Source of the DNA: Chrysemys picta bellii
Lineage: Eukaryota
Assembly (NCBI RefSeq): GCF_011386835.1
Contig: NC_088791.1
Span: forward strand, 275,652,001 to 275,716,000
Reading direction: 5' to 3'
DNA: 64,000 nt
Part shown: positions 22,576-35,560 of the stretch, piece by piece
How positions within the stretch are numbered: position 1 is the first letter of the stretch
How the letters are laid out: each line of letters starts with the position of its first letter
The notes under the pieces: generated by a model
Seen by the model: only the letters and a program-made list of their open reading frames with translations
What the model was told of the DNA's origin: nothing
The model's database searches: none
Translations under genes and position numbers: made by a program

Positions 22576-25500
22576 GTGGCTATGGTGGACTTTCACTGTA
22601 GGCTTTGAGCTAATCACCAATATGTTTGTCAGATTACATTAATTTATATCCAGGTAATACGTAAACATTATGAGCCAAATTAATCCCTGATGTAAATCTA
22701 TTGACTAATGGAGTTACGCTGGGGATGAATTTAGTCCATTATGAATACATCTATTGCAAGTTCTTTCTATCAGTAGGATAGATATTCCTTGTTTTTTAGG
22801 ATTACAAGGAAGTAGCAATCATAGTCACAATCTGCTTTTGCATCTTAACTAATAATTTTAGTAATAAATCCTGGTTTTTCTATATTTAATAGAAAATGGT
22901 GTTTTATGAAGGCCACAGAGTCAGGTAATCCATCAAACGTGCTTATTTTCTGTAAATGGAGAAACCAGTGTGATTATTAGATTGATTCAAATCCAAAAGT
23001 AGCTATAAACAGATTTCATTTGATGGTAAGAACAGAAAACTAGTTTGGAAGAATGGCCCTGGCTAGATTTGAGATCTTCTCCTGGAGCCTCCACCTGATG
23101 CAGTTTTGCACTCACATCTCGGTGCCTGGGGCACCATCGTGCCTGAAGTCGGTAAACAATTGAGCTTTTGCTGGGTAGCCCTGATAGTGTGGAACTTGCT
23201 CCCTGCTGAAATCTGGCTTTCTTTATCTCGCCCCACATTTACAAATACCTAAATGCTTATTATTTTCAGCATTGTTTTTCAATTACAACCACTGTTGCTA
23301 TTTTATAGTTCTTATTGATTTTTGTTTACTCTCCCTTGTTTGGAATTTTTGTTGAGGTTGGGGTAGTTCTTTTTATTAGTTAATGAGAAATTGTTTTTAT
23401 GATTGTTCACCACTCCGATCACTTTTGTGCGGGGTGGGGTGCTTTACACATTTGTTATTTATTATTAGAGTGGTGTAACTGAGAAGAATTTGGCCCATTA
23501 CATTTAATATCCCCGTTGAAGGGAAAAAAATTCTGTCAGCAGGGAAAAATAAATAAATAGTTTATGTAAGAGCTGAAAAAAAAAGGAAATATTTCTCTTC
23601 CACATATTAGAAAATGTGAATAAAAGGTGTCTCCCCCAAAATATACTGGAATTGTAGGTGAATTGTAACTGAACCCGGGATTACCAGGTCATACCCAGTT
23701 AAACCTTTAGAAGTAGGAGGGAGGAACCCTTTTCTTTAATTTTCACACTAAGAAACTGCTTCTTAAAAGCCATCGTTTTTCTTCATTGGGAGGAGGGAGA
23801 GGTCCCTGTGTAAACTGGGCCTTGTGCTGTGGCCCATCTTTTAAAAAACCTTTTCTGGTTGTTGTTGGTCGTGGTTGTTTTTAAAGCAATGCTATTGCCA
23901 TTTAGTGGAGTGATGGACAAAGATGGTGATCAAAGTATCTCACAACGAAGTTCATTAAATTAAAGCCATTGGTGATTACTTCATCGAGTTCTCAGATGCT
24001 GTCTGGCCAGTTGAAGAATGACATCTTACTACACCATTGTTTGCACTCAGTGGACCAATTCTGTGCTCAATTGCACTAGTGTAACTTCTGTTAAAGTCAG
24101 TAGGATGCACACGCATGTTAATTAAAGACAGAATTGAGTCCTCAGCGTCTTGTACTGCTGCTTTATTTAATTATCACTCTACTATTGTACTGCCCTCCCT
24201 TATTTTTATCTTGCTTCTCTGCTTCAGCCTTTGTCCTGCCCATCTGGCTTGCTACACAACACACAGGCCACCCTTCAAGACATTGCTTGGCAATAATTCA
24301 AGGACTTTTACGTAATTCGTCATCTGCAAGGACATCAAATTTCATACGAAATATGGACAAAATGGAGATGAACCAAGTTAATCTCTTTAGCGTTCTTCAT
24401 CACTTGTGGACATTTAACTCATGAGCAGGGGTGTCCTTTCTTAACAGCAGGAACAGGCTAATGGGTCAAAAAGGAAAATCATTTAGAATGTAGTTGCTTC
24501 TGAGAAGCATAACATTCTTTGTTCAACAAAATGGACTCATTTCATAGAAAAAAATCAAGGAGGACTGTGATAACTGCCAAGTAACCCTCCAATGTTCAGT
24601 GCAACTTGGGCAATTGAAACACTAAGGAGATCTCATAGGTATAGCTCAGTCTCCAGTACCATTTGTGAAAGATGCCAGACTGATGGCATTGGAAACTGAA
24701 TTCACCTAGCCTCAGAACATGTACCACATGGGAAGTGGTAGTACCAGTTTCCATGCACCATCCCATCCAGATGACTCATTTCATAGTGAGCGGGCCAAAT
24801 TTATGAGTGAGAGGGTAGTTCAGTCTTTGGCTTCTGGGTTTGGACTTCTCTGAAGGATATTAACTGTGATGGCAGTTCACCATGTGAACTGCCCTGAGAA
24901 CATTATACCATTGAACATAGTCCTATAGCTTTAAAATTCTGCTCGACCTGAGGGAGGGAGTACCTTTTTACAGGAATTCACTGTTACTAGAGAGGAACAA
25001 TTTTAAGGTACCAGAATGGCAGGCCACCAACAAGTGTTATATGGTGATGACCTTGTGCTGGAAATGCACCTTAGAGCTGTCACTCATCTAGGATGAGTGT
25101 GATTTTGATGGGGGTGATCCTGAACTTAGCTAGTGGAATGTAGCTGAATACAAATCTTAGGGCTGATAGAATGTCACTACAAGATAGCATCATTTTGTTG
25201 CATTGCCATCACATTTCACTGTGACATGCTGATGTAATGTGCCGTGAATGCCGTGATACTGTGATCTAAGTATTGCCTTAGATTGATACATGAGTGTGTT
25301 CCATCAGGCTAATTCATGTAAGCAACAGCCTTACCTGTGACTTGAAAGGTATAGTTTTGAATACTTATATGCATAATTAAGCAGCTATACCACATAATAC
25401 ATCCTACTAATTTGTTGACCAAAATGCAGTGCAATAATTTTCTAACATAAAAAGGAAAAGCAATACTATAGCTACAACAGGAAGAAGACAGAATTGGCAT

Positions 25501-27077
25501 TAGCCTTTGACTGTTAAAACAAGGAAATGTCCTTGTAGAGCCATAAACAATCTGATTTCAGTCATTTCTGAGCTTGGGAACAGATGTACAGTTTATTCCC
25601 TCCAGCAGCAAGATTTTGATTTTTAACTTCATCTGCAACCAAACAGTGAAGGGGGTGGAGGGCAAGAGGGAGGGGAATTCCCAGACCTACAAAAGTATTA
25701 TTGTGTTTTCAGGACCCACATGACACTAGCCAGGAATTGCTGCCAGTATTTTAATAAGAAGTCCTCTTCCCTCCAAAATAACAATAATACAACCCCCCAC
25801 ACCATACTTTTCCTTGTACTAAGACTGTGTGCTCAGATACCATGGTGAGGCACCCAGATACCAGAGGGATGGGTATGCTATAAGTTCCTAGATGGAGAGA
25901 AGATGCTTGTAGACAGGAAAGATGAGGGACTGGGACTCTATTATCATTTTCCAGTTTAAATAAACACATTGTCTCATAACCACCCAGGAGGCACCTCACT
26001 TGCCAAAACCAACTTGCAATACATCGAGTCAGATTTTCAAGGGGTCAGCACCTAGCAGTTCCCATTAATGTCAATGGGAGCTGCTGAGTGCTGAGGACGT
26101 TTAAACAACTGGCCATAAGCGCACAGTCTAGAAATGTTTATGCTTTGTTCCTGAAAAGAAAATATGCTGATTATATGGGAAGTAGAGCATAGTGCTCAAC
26201 TTGTGTCAGTTGAAGTGCTGTGTGAGAGAGAAATGCTTGTAGGGTGGCCCTGGGATATCCTGAAAACTGAAGGATGGGAGGCTTCAGGAAAATGTTCTGA
26301 AAATAGCTGACAACTGCAATATGGTACATTCCAAAAGCAAACCATTTGCTCTTCAGCAGCAGCTTTATGAACCCACCGATAAAAGTTCGACTTTGCAGAA
26401 AGTTGCTGAGCTCTATCAGAGGCAGGGAATTCAGCCCTCTTTTCTGTTTGGGCTGAACACATACATACTTTACACAAAGAACCAATATCCACATGGGGTA
26501 TGTATGATCCATAGCACAAGGCCAGTTCTCAAGAAAATAAATAGTGTGTTTGTATTGTTGTGTACTGCAATAAAAGTGTGACACACAGGGATGCTGGTAA
26601 TAGAATGATATTTACAAAAGTTAGTTACAAAAAGATGTACTTCCATGACATGATAGGGGTCAATATCTGTCGCTTGCGTTTACTGTTACATGTGCTCTAA
26701 TTCAATTCACATTAGTTAGACTCATTTTAAATATAGTTGTTGCTAGCAAGCTATTTTCTCTGGCCAGCTAGACAGGTGTAAACTCTTTATAAACTGATTT
26801 ATGAAACATGCTAAAAACTAGGGCTCTGGTATTCTCAGTGGCAAAGGTTGTTTCTCCCCCTGCCCTCTTCCATCCCTTACCTAATGAGCAGCTTTATTTG
26901 AACTTTACCTGGATTGATAAACTGAGGTCAGCTGATGTTGTCATATGCTGCCAGCTATCTCCTCTCTGATCTCCCTCTGCCAGCTCCTCCACACTTGCTG
27001 TGCTGTAGTGAAAGGCAAAGGGGAGGGGAGAGCAGAGGAGCTAGCAAGAAGGTGAGCAGAGGCAGAGAGGAAGCAGC

Positions 27078-27691
27078 CAGGGGCGGCTCTATGTATTTTG
27101 CCGCCCCAAGCACGACAGTCAGGTGGCTTTCGGCGGCGCGCCAGCGGGAGGTCTGCTGGTAACGCGGATTCGGCGGCATGCCTGCGGGAGGTCCGTCAGT
27201 CCCGCAGTTTTGGCGTACCTGCTGCCGAATTGCCGCCAAAGCCGCGGGACCGGCGGACCTCCCGCAGGCATGCCGCCGAAGGCTTCCTGACTGCCACCCC
27301 GACTCCTATCCAAAACCCCACCCCCTGACCACCACCACCCTCCCGAACTCCCCTGCCCTCTATCCAATACCCCCTGCTCCTTGCCCCCTTATTGCGCTGC
27401 CTGGAGCACCGGTGGCTGGCAGTGCTACAGCCACACCGCCCAGAGCAGCAGGACAGGCAGCCACGCTGCCCAGCACAGCACAGAGCACTGGGACAGGCTG
27501 GGCTCTGCAGCTGCGCTGCCCAGCAAGAGCTCGCAGCCCCTCTGCACAAAGCAGTGCGCCAGTGGCGCAGTGAGCTGAGGCTGCGGGGGAGGGGGAACAG
27601 CGGGGGAGGGACCGGGGGCTAGCCTCCTGGGCCAGGAGTTCAGGGGCTGGGCAGGAAGGTCTCACCAGCCGTCATAGTTTGCCCACCTCTG
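27078..27691. mobile_element. Chimeric GC-rich hAT MITE
   Basis: Left end CAGGGCGGCTCTA and right end AGTTTGCCCACCTCTG are not inverted partners; flanks gaagcagc/gcctatag do not match. Confidence 0.75.
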
Positions 27692-27699
27692 GCCTATAG

Positions 27700-27805
27700 A
27701 GAGGAGAAGACCTGAAGAAGAGCTCTGTGTAGTTTGAAAGCTTGTCTCTTTCACCAGCAGAAATTGGTTCAATAAAAGATATTACCTCACTCACCTCATC
27801 TCTGT
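27700..27805 (+). mobile_element. Penelope-type terminal fragment with hammerhead-like motif
   Basis: CTGAAGA-agagctctgtgtagttt-GAAA-GCTTGTC followed by AATAAAAGATATTACCTCAC. Confidence 0.65.
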
Positions 27806-30800
27806 AGAGAGAACTGGAGTTTAAAATGTCTTTCCTGTTGATGGCCTTGTGTAAAGCTGCACAGCTCCTTCTGGTGGGGAAATTGAATATTAACCAGGAG
27901 CTTCCATGAGCTCCTTCCAGCACATCATTATTTTAGCAGAAATCAGCACAAGCATATGGATACATAGGCCTTGTTTTCAGACCTTGGTCTAGCTGTGTAT
28001 TTACTTTTCCTGTATTAATAGCTGTGTCTGGAAGAATTAAAATTACATAGCTATATTCTCTCCAGTGCCAGAACACCACTTGGTGTGTGTGGGGTGGGAT
28101 GGTGTGGGGAGGGAAGAAGGGGCATAATGGAGATCCAGTTAAGATTTCCTGAGTCTGAGGATCTGTCTCTGCCTTGAAGTGACTTAGATGAGCTTCTGGG
28201 CTGCTCTAAATTAGTCCATTGGCAAGAGTTCTTAAGTGATCCTGTACCAGTGGAGGTTGGTGTTGTGTGCACTCGCCCTCCATCCCTCAGAACATCCCCT
28301 TTGCTGCAGGAGAGAGGGAATGGGGCACAGGCACATGATCTGGCTACTGCATGCTTGTGCCCGGAGGGATTCCCCTCTTTCATGGCCATTCTCTACTGGA
28401 TATATGTGGCCAGATTACAGCCCCTTAGTGCCCCTTGAGCAGTGTGATGGGGTTATGAATGCAGTAGAGAATCTGGGCCGAGTGCTGAGGTCCCAGTAAA
28501 AATCAGGCATTGGGGGTTTATTACCCATTTCTGTTCACATGGAGAACTTTTCCTCCCTGTTTGACAGAAAAAATATTACTGTTTGAGTTGTCAGTCTTTA
28601 CTCTGCCAGTTGTCATAGTGCAGATTCCTTTTGAATACTTCACAATATCAGGACAGAGAAAGAGAAAATGAAGCTAAGAAATTTTGAAAAATGTATTGTT
28701 TTGGGGCTTTCCAGACTTTGCAGATTTTTCTTCTGCTTGGCAATACTTTGGGGATGGGCAGTTATAAATGATGGACTACAGAAAAATCCTACCCACTCAC
28801 AAAGCATGTTTTATTTACTGAGATATCTGTGGGAGGAGTGGCAGAGGGGATGTTATGGGTTCAGAGAGGAAGAATGACTGCAGAAATGACAAGTTCCCTC
28901 TTCTCACTCTAAAAAAAGTCTTTAATATGGCTTAAAAAAACTTTCTTGAGGTGCAAAGCTCCCCTCTGTATACTCATTGATTGTATGTGTGTGTGATTTT
29001 CCTATAAAACAATTCAATTCCATGGTTTTTGCAATGCCTTGCCAATAATCACGATTCAGCCTTCAATGTGCTAGGCTAAGCTTACACTCGATGTTGATCA
29101 ACTCTTTTATTTTATTTTTAAAAATATCAGTCAGGGAATGTGAGGCAGTTGAAAAGCACTTGTTGTTTTATGATGTTGTCCAGTGCTTCCATTTAAATAG
29201 TGCAGTTTTGTGTCCAAGGGGCTAGTATTAGATAGATGTGGATAGTCATAAAAGTGAAAAACCTGATTACACAGTATTTATTGTCATTCCCCTTTTTATA
29301 GACTAGTCGGTGAAGCTTTGTTCCATTGTGTGTCTTTGCACCCCTGACAGCTACTCTAGTAATCTTGCATTTACCACTGCTTTACAGTCTTTAGCTACTA
29401 CAAAGGAAGATTTTTTTCTCTATAGGTCATTCTGAAGGAAATTATTTTATACAGTGTGTGGCAAGAATCTTGCCATCAGGGTCAATGACCATCTAAGGAA
29501 TCACAGAATAACTTAAGTAAGATATAGGAAGCATGCAGTCCATCATCCTGCTGGCACAGGATCATCCCCTGGGTATATTTTTCTAATGCCTTGTTCAGTC
29601 TAATTTTAAATAGGGGAAAACTTTAAATATGATTTTAAAATAATCTCAGTTGATTTGTCCAAAAATATTAATCATGTAGATTAGCTATCAATCCATTTTC
29701 TCCAGCTGATCAATCAGTTTTAATGCAAATTATCACATCCTCAAATCAGGACACTGAATAGCAAGTAGTACTTTCTTTGTCGATAGGGGGTTTGTGAGAA
29801 GGAAACTTTTTCCTCAGCTTTCGGGCAAACGAATATCACAGAGACCATTGTTAATTACTGTAATTAGGACACAGCAACAGGTAAACAATCTTTTTTCTTC
29901 TAGGAAAGCAAGGATTGTACTTTAAACACTCACATTATTACAGCAACATGAGGTCTAGTGCCATCTAGCTAACTACCAAGATAACTCACATTCCCTTAGC
30001 CAGGAATTGCCACCTTGTCCCGAAGCTTCCCTGCATAGCTTTTTCTCACTTATGGAGTTTCCTCTTCTTTGTTCCCTCAGTAGGAGGGTGGGATTTGACC
30101 CCTGCAGGTGTGGCAGGTGGTACAGCCTACAAAAACCACAGATTCCTTGAGATCCACAGTAGAATGCGACCATTCATACAGAGGCCCTGTGCCTCCAAAC
30201 TGCAACCCATTCTCTTCCCATGCCCTTCACGAAAGGTCCTTCACTAGTTGCTGTTTCCTCAGTGCCCCTCGGGGTAGGGTAAGTCATAGTAGAGAGGGGA
30301 AACCCATGGAAACTATTGGTTGGTGTTTACACAGAACTAATTTATGCCATGATGATCTATGGGTTTGGTGGTAGGGACTGGTACTGCAGTTCCTCTCCCT
30401 TTAAAATGCCGATCACCACGCAACACCTGTGCAGAAGCTTGTATTGGATTGGGGCACTGGGAGAGGGAGAGAATGGAAAGTTTGTTGCAGAGCTAGCAAT
30501 ATTCTTTCTCTGTCATCTTCCCCAACCCAGGTCAGGCCAACTTGGTTTTTCTACACTTTGTCTCAGCAGAGGAGGGTAACTTGTTGTCTGGGGTTCAATA
30601 TGGCTATGGACACTGGAGACAGCTATTCATTTGCCTCCCTGGGAGTGTGAAGGTACCACAACTGTTGCTAAATATACAGGAGCAGAAAGACAATGAAGAG
30701 AGAGCAACACAAATTTTTAGCTTCAGGAACCTACTTATATGTGTGATAACACCTCACAAATACTCTGATTGCTCATATATTGTTTAGTTTTTTCCTTTTT

Positions 30801-31918
30801 ATTTTACCATTAGGAACGCATAGCCTGTGATAGTCTCTGGCTTAAAATGAAGTTCTAATTTGAAAAATGACACCATGTGGTTCCACATTTTTTCCTTTTG
30901 TTAATTTCCACATCAAATGTGCTCAATTTACGAGTTAAAAGGTGGAGTTTTCCAGCTGCCAACGCTGCAAACTCAGCCTGAGATTTGAAAGGCAAACAGT
31001 GTGCATTCTTACTTTTATATCACTACTGGTTAATTAAAAAAAAAAGTGGAGGCCGAATTCTGCCCTCTTTGACATGTGTTCAACCCCCATTGTCTTCACT
31101 GGGCTTGCACAAGTGTACCTGTTTGGAACTTGTCCAGCAATTCTGTTGATACACAATAAGCAGCAAAGTTGGGCTCATTCTCTCTTCTCTGTGTTTGCTC
31201 TGCAGGGCCAAGAAGAGTAAAAAGAGGTGATAAAAACTTATTTTTGTCACCAAAGGGAAGAACCCTGACCCTGATTGCACACAGGGAGCAGATCTATGGA
31301 ATAAGAGTTTGCCAGTTTTACACAGTCTTTTTTACAGACCAGAACCACACTTTAAGTAACAAAGCTATTTTTAATAGAAATAAAATCCTAAAAGACAAAT
31401 TCTTTGGATTTTGCTTATGCTAGCAAGTGTTTTCCATCAAAGTGGTTTTATATACGCCCCACAAGGGATCTAATGAAGCTATTTTAAAAAATAGTAAACA
31501 CAAAATCAGTCTGTAGAAAAATCCAGGCACTCTATCAGCATACTAAGTACATGGCAGACCTTGAGACAATCAAACTAATACCAAAGCCCAGGGAAGTATC
31601 CACGTAAGCAGATGGTTCTGCCTCAAGATGTTATTCTCTGATGGCTATCCAAAGAAGAGGATGAAGAATGGAACCACGTGCTATGTTACTGGCTCTCTAC
31701 TTAATGCCTTAAAAATGCATTAAAAAATTTAACAATTTGTGCTGATTAAGCAAAAATGGAAAATAAAATAAAGATAAAATTTCATTAGAAAGAAAAAAAA
31801 AAACAAGTTCTGTCTCCTCAAAATCATTAAGCTACAGCTTTTTTTCAAAACTGAAAATGGAGAATGGCCAGAGCCATCTATTATTAGTGCTACAAGCATA
31901 TGCAATTATGGCATGTAA

Positions 31919-32163
31919 GGGCTGCTCTACATCCAGAAATTGTATCACTTTACATTTGTTTTTAAATTCATGTAGCTAAATCAGTGCAACCCCGTTGTGT
32001 TGATTCTCAGAAATCAATTTGAGTGGCTAACGTCAATCTAGATTAATTAGGCTAAATCATGCTTAGCCACTCTTAACCCAATCTGAGTGTTCACTGGTTT
32101 AAGCATATCAATTTAGAAACAGACTCAGTTAAAGTGGTGCAATTTCTGGGTGTAGACCATCCC
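31919..32163. mobile_element. Harbinger-type MITE
   Basis: ~35-bp TIRs GGGCTGCTCTACATCCAGAAATTGTATCACTTTA / TAAAGTGGTGCAATTTCTGGGTGTAGACCATCCC; 3-bp flanks TAA/TCA. Confidence 0.8.
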
Positions 32164-33196
32164 TCAAAATGTTTCTCTCCAGTTTAACATGGTCATTTTG
32201 CCTTTTGCTCTGTCCCCTTTCTTTCTTCCCTTTTCTTCCTCTCCCTTCCTCCCTCTTCTTGTTAACCTTCCCCTTTCGTTTTCTCCCAACTTCTCGTCTG
32301 CTTTTTCTACCTCCCACATTTAAACTTCTATTGCTGCCCATTGGGACTCATGAAGACAGATCCTTATTAAGAATCTTAATAATAGTAGTTATAGTGGTGG
32401 TATTGATTCATAATTTCAAAGGAGCATGCCATCTTCATTGTCAACAACGAACAATGACCGGGCAAGGTGAGGAAGCACTTATTTCCCTTTGAAGTCCCAC
32501 TGGGATAGTCTGTCTTAAATTCTTTGGATTTTTTATGTCCTGGCAGAAGTTCTCAAATGATAATGGAATAGGCCTACTGAGAAACAGCCGTAGTCTACCA
32601 GGAGAGAAGTTGACACACACCAAATTATTTAATTTTCTGACTTAACGTGGATTCAAACTTAAAACAAGCAAGAGGGAGAGACCAACAGCATCTCTCAGGT
32701 ATGCGTCTCACAGAGACATATCCCAGGGTTGATAGTTTTGCCATGATTTTATTCTGTAGTCTCCTGTGATCATCTGTTTGTGGTTTTAACATTACCCAAG
32801 GCAGCAGAAAAAAAATGATACAGCAGCCTTTCGTTTTACGACTCAGAGAAACAAAGCCTTAAGAAAATAGAGACATTATGATGCTAATGGTTAGGATTAG
32901 TTTACCTCAGCAGAAAATCTATTACAATAATATTTTTTGAATGAAATGAAATTGATTTTCTCTTCCCCAAAGTCCTACAGAATTTAAATTGTGGTTTTTC
33001 AGTTATCTATTACACAGTACTTAGGACTTCTCTTATCAGCTATCCCGTGTATTCCAACACATAGCCAGCGATGCATGCATACAGAGAAAATGAATAGACT
33101 TGTATGAATCTAACCTTTCTATAGAATGCATGTAAAGCACTGTCTGTGCTCTTTTTTATTTTATTAATTTTTTTCTAGCCCAAAAAGCCTGCAGGA

Positions 33197-33227
<31 letters not shown>
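33197..33227. repeat. (ATCT)n tetranucleotide microsatellite
   Basis: Direct reading, about 7.75 units. Confidence 0.95.
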
Positions 33228-35469
33228 CTCTGCTGCCTGGAATCTTTTCAGTAACTGTATTAAGCACACTCACCCAGAAACAAAATAGAATATGTATTTA
33301 ATTTTGACAGATAATTATAAGCTATGTGCATTTGAAGGTCCTGCAGTTACCTATTGTAGCACTAACAGGTTCCCTCTTCCCATGATATTTACTAAGATTA
33401 CAAGTAATCTGTTAGATGCAATGTCCTTATTTTACTACCTTCAAAGACTGTTTGACATAAATATATACTGGCGTCAACAGCCATAAATTTATCAGTTAGG
33501 TAGGGATACATTGCACTTATCATGCACATTTGACAGCCTCACCTATAATCTGCCCACTAATGCATTTCCGCTGGGACTTCTTTGAACATTCTCTACTTCT
33601 GAAAAGCTTCCAATGTCTGCCATTTTTTATAAAGAAATCAATTTACCACAAATGTTTTCTTAATTCCTCCAAATGAAGAATTCCTATACCCCCCTCAAAA
33701 ATAATATTGGCTCAAAGCGCACCACACAGACAATATTCAATCCTGGACCAATGATAGGTTTAATATCAGATATCTTGAAATTCTGCAGAGCTAGATATGG
33801 GAACTTTATGCCATTGGAAAAGGCAGCTCCTCAGCTTTCTAATGGGGTGCACAATGTTACAGGAGTGCTATATCAAAGGTATATATGTGAACATTACAGA
33901 CGAAAAGCTACTCTAGCAGAAAATTAATTAGGTTGCAAAAGTCAAGAACTTGCAAATTAGGAAGTGCATGATTTTCATTATCCTGTGCACCCTTAATTCT
34001 GCCCTCGTAAGCATCCCTCCTGTGCACTGAAAAAGTAGTATGTGACTATATAGTTATATACTGTATCCTAATGCATATAGACAAGGTGGAGGTGAGAATT
34101 TAAAATCACTAATGTTTATTAAATTGATCAATTCTTTTTTATCCATCAGAATGTGGTCTTATATAATATGTTCTCTTGGATGTGATTTTTTGTTTGTAAA
34201 AATTCTAGATGATAATTTTCTAACTCCAAGGACGTTTTACTCCTGGCAGCACATGACTTTCAGCATATGTCCTTTAGATTGAACTCCTCTCCCCTCCCCG
34301 ATAACACAGCTCCCCTCCTCATTATAGAGAGATGCTTAAGAGATCCATCCTGTTCTCTCTATATATATTAGAATAGACTGGATCTCCACCGGGCACTTAG
34401 CAATTAAAATTTAAATCACTTAGTGTTTAAAATTTTCTAGGCAATTGCACTTAAAGTTTTAAGTGCTTGAGTTCTTCACTGCCTTTCGGAATTATCAGGA
34501 GTTGTGTGGCAGAGCTGGGTGGGTCATGAGAAGAGCATTGAATTGAAAGAGGTAGGGCACAGAGATGGCTCTGGAGTCTGATGTGGTTAGGCACCTTCTG
34601 TAATTGACAGGTCCACTAAGGTCTAGTGGAGGGAAATGCCACTCTGTTGGATTGGGACCATCAGGGCACTGCTTCCCTCTTGGTGACCTTGGCGGAAGGG
34701 AGAGAGTGGGGTGGGAGCCATGTCACCAATTGAGATATTTCTGAGGGGCAGAGCAAATTCTGGTCCCCGCTACCTCCACCGGCAGGGACCTGTTGCAGTC
34801 CTTGCTCACCTTCCTTCCAGCCTCCCTTCTCTCGCTAGGAGTTCTTTGCAGACTCCTCTGCACTCCACCCTACAAGAGCAGACATCCCATGCACCAGGCT
34901 GCAACACCATTTGGCCTGACCACCCTTCCATCTGAATGAAGGAATAGCTGGGCCAAATTTGAGTGGCCTTGTGATCCTGTACACCAGGTCACAATGACAC
35001 TCACTGAAATTTGGCCTGGCCACCCCTCCATTTGTATGGGGGGAGGCCTGGTCAAATTTCAGTGGTGTTGTGACCAAGCAGCCAGAGCAGTGCTTTTGGA
35101 CTGCTTCGTCAGCAACCATGCTGATTTAGTACAGGAACTCTTCTTAAAAGTGATCATGCCATGCCCCTTCACCACCCTCCCCGCCCCCCGTTTCTATGGC
35201 CTATGGAAATCTGAGTAAGTGCAAAAACCTTGCGGGGGCATTCACCACTTCCACAACCCACTCTAATTGACACCATTGGATGGGGGACAGAAAAAGAATG
35301 AGGCGAGGGGCTTGCAGCTTCTGTGTTTCCAGCCTCTGTCAAAGACAAGAACCATGAGATGAAATCCTGGCCCCCCTTAAAATTAATGGCAAAAAAATTG
35401 CACATTCCAGAAGCTCCTGTCAGGGAGCAGAGTTGGCTTCGGGAGGCGAGCGCTGCCTGACGTCTGCAG

Positions 35470-35560
35470 TCCAAGGTCACAAAAAGAATATATGACAGAC
35501 CTGGGACTCAAACTTATGATTCCTGACTCCTAGGCTCAAGCTTCAATCACTAATCTACAT
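35470..35560 (-). mobile_element. MIR/CORE-SINE remnant
   Basis: aaggtcaca...gacctgggactcaaac...ttcctgactcctagg is an antisense MIR core. Confidence 0.5.

Noticed and set aside
24230-24345. Minus-strand peptide DVLADDELRKSP*IIAKQCLEGWP resembling the Gypsy RH-IN linker
   Set aside because: Short, contains a stop, and has no flanking pol motifs; may be chance.
27098-27665. Long Ala/Gly/Pro/Arg-rich ORFs (likewise 17084-17733, 37345-37916, 46541-47020, 52379-52862, 63037-63659)
   Set aside because: Overlapping open frames on both strands inside GC-rich MITEs are a by-product of low stop-codon density.
32169-32492. Hydrophobic 'membrane protein' ORF
   Set aside because: Translation of a low-complexity CT-rich tract.
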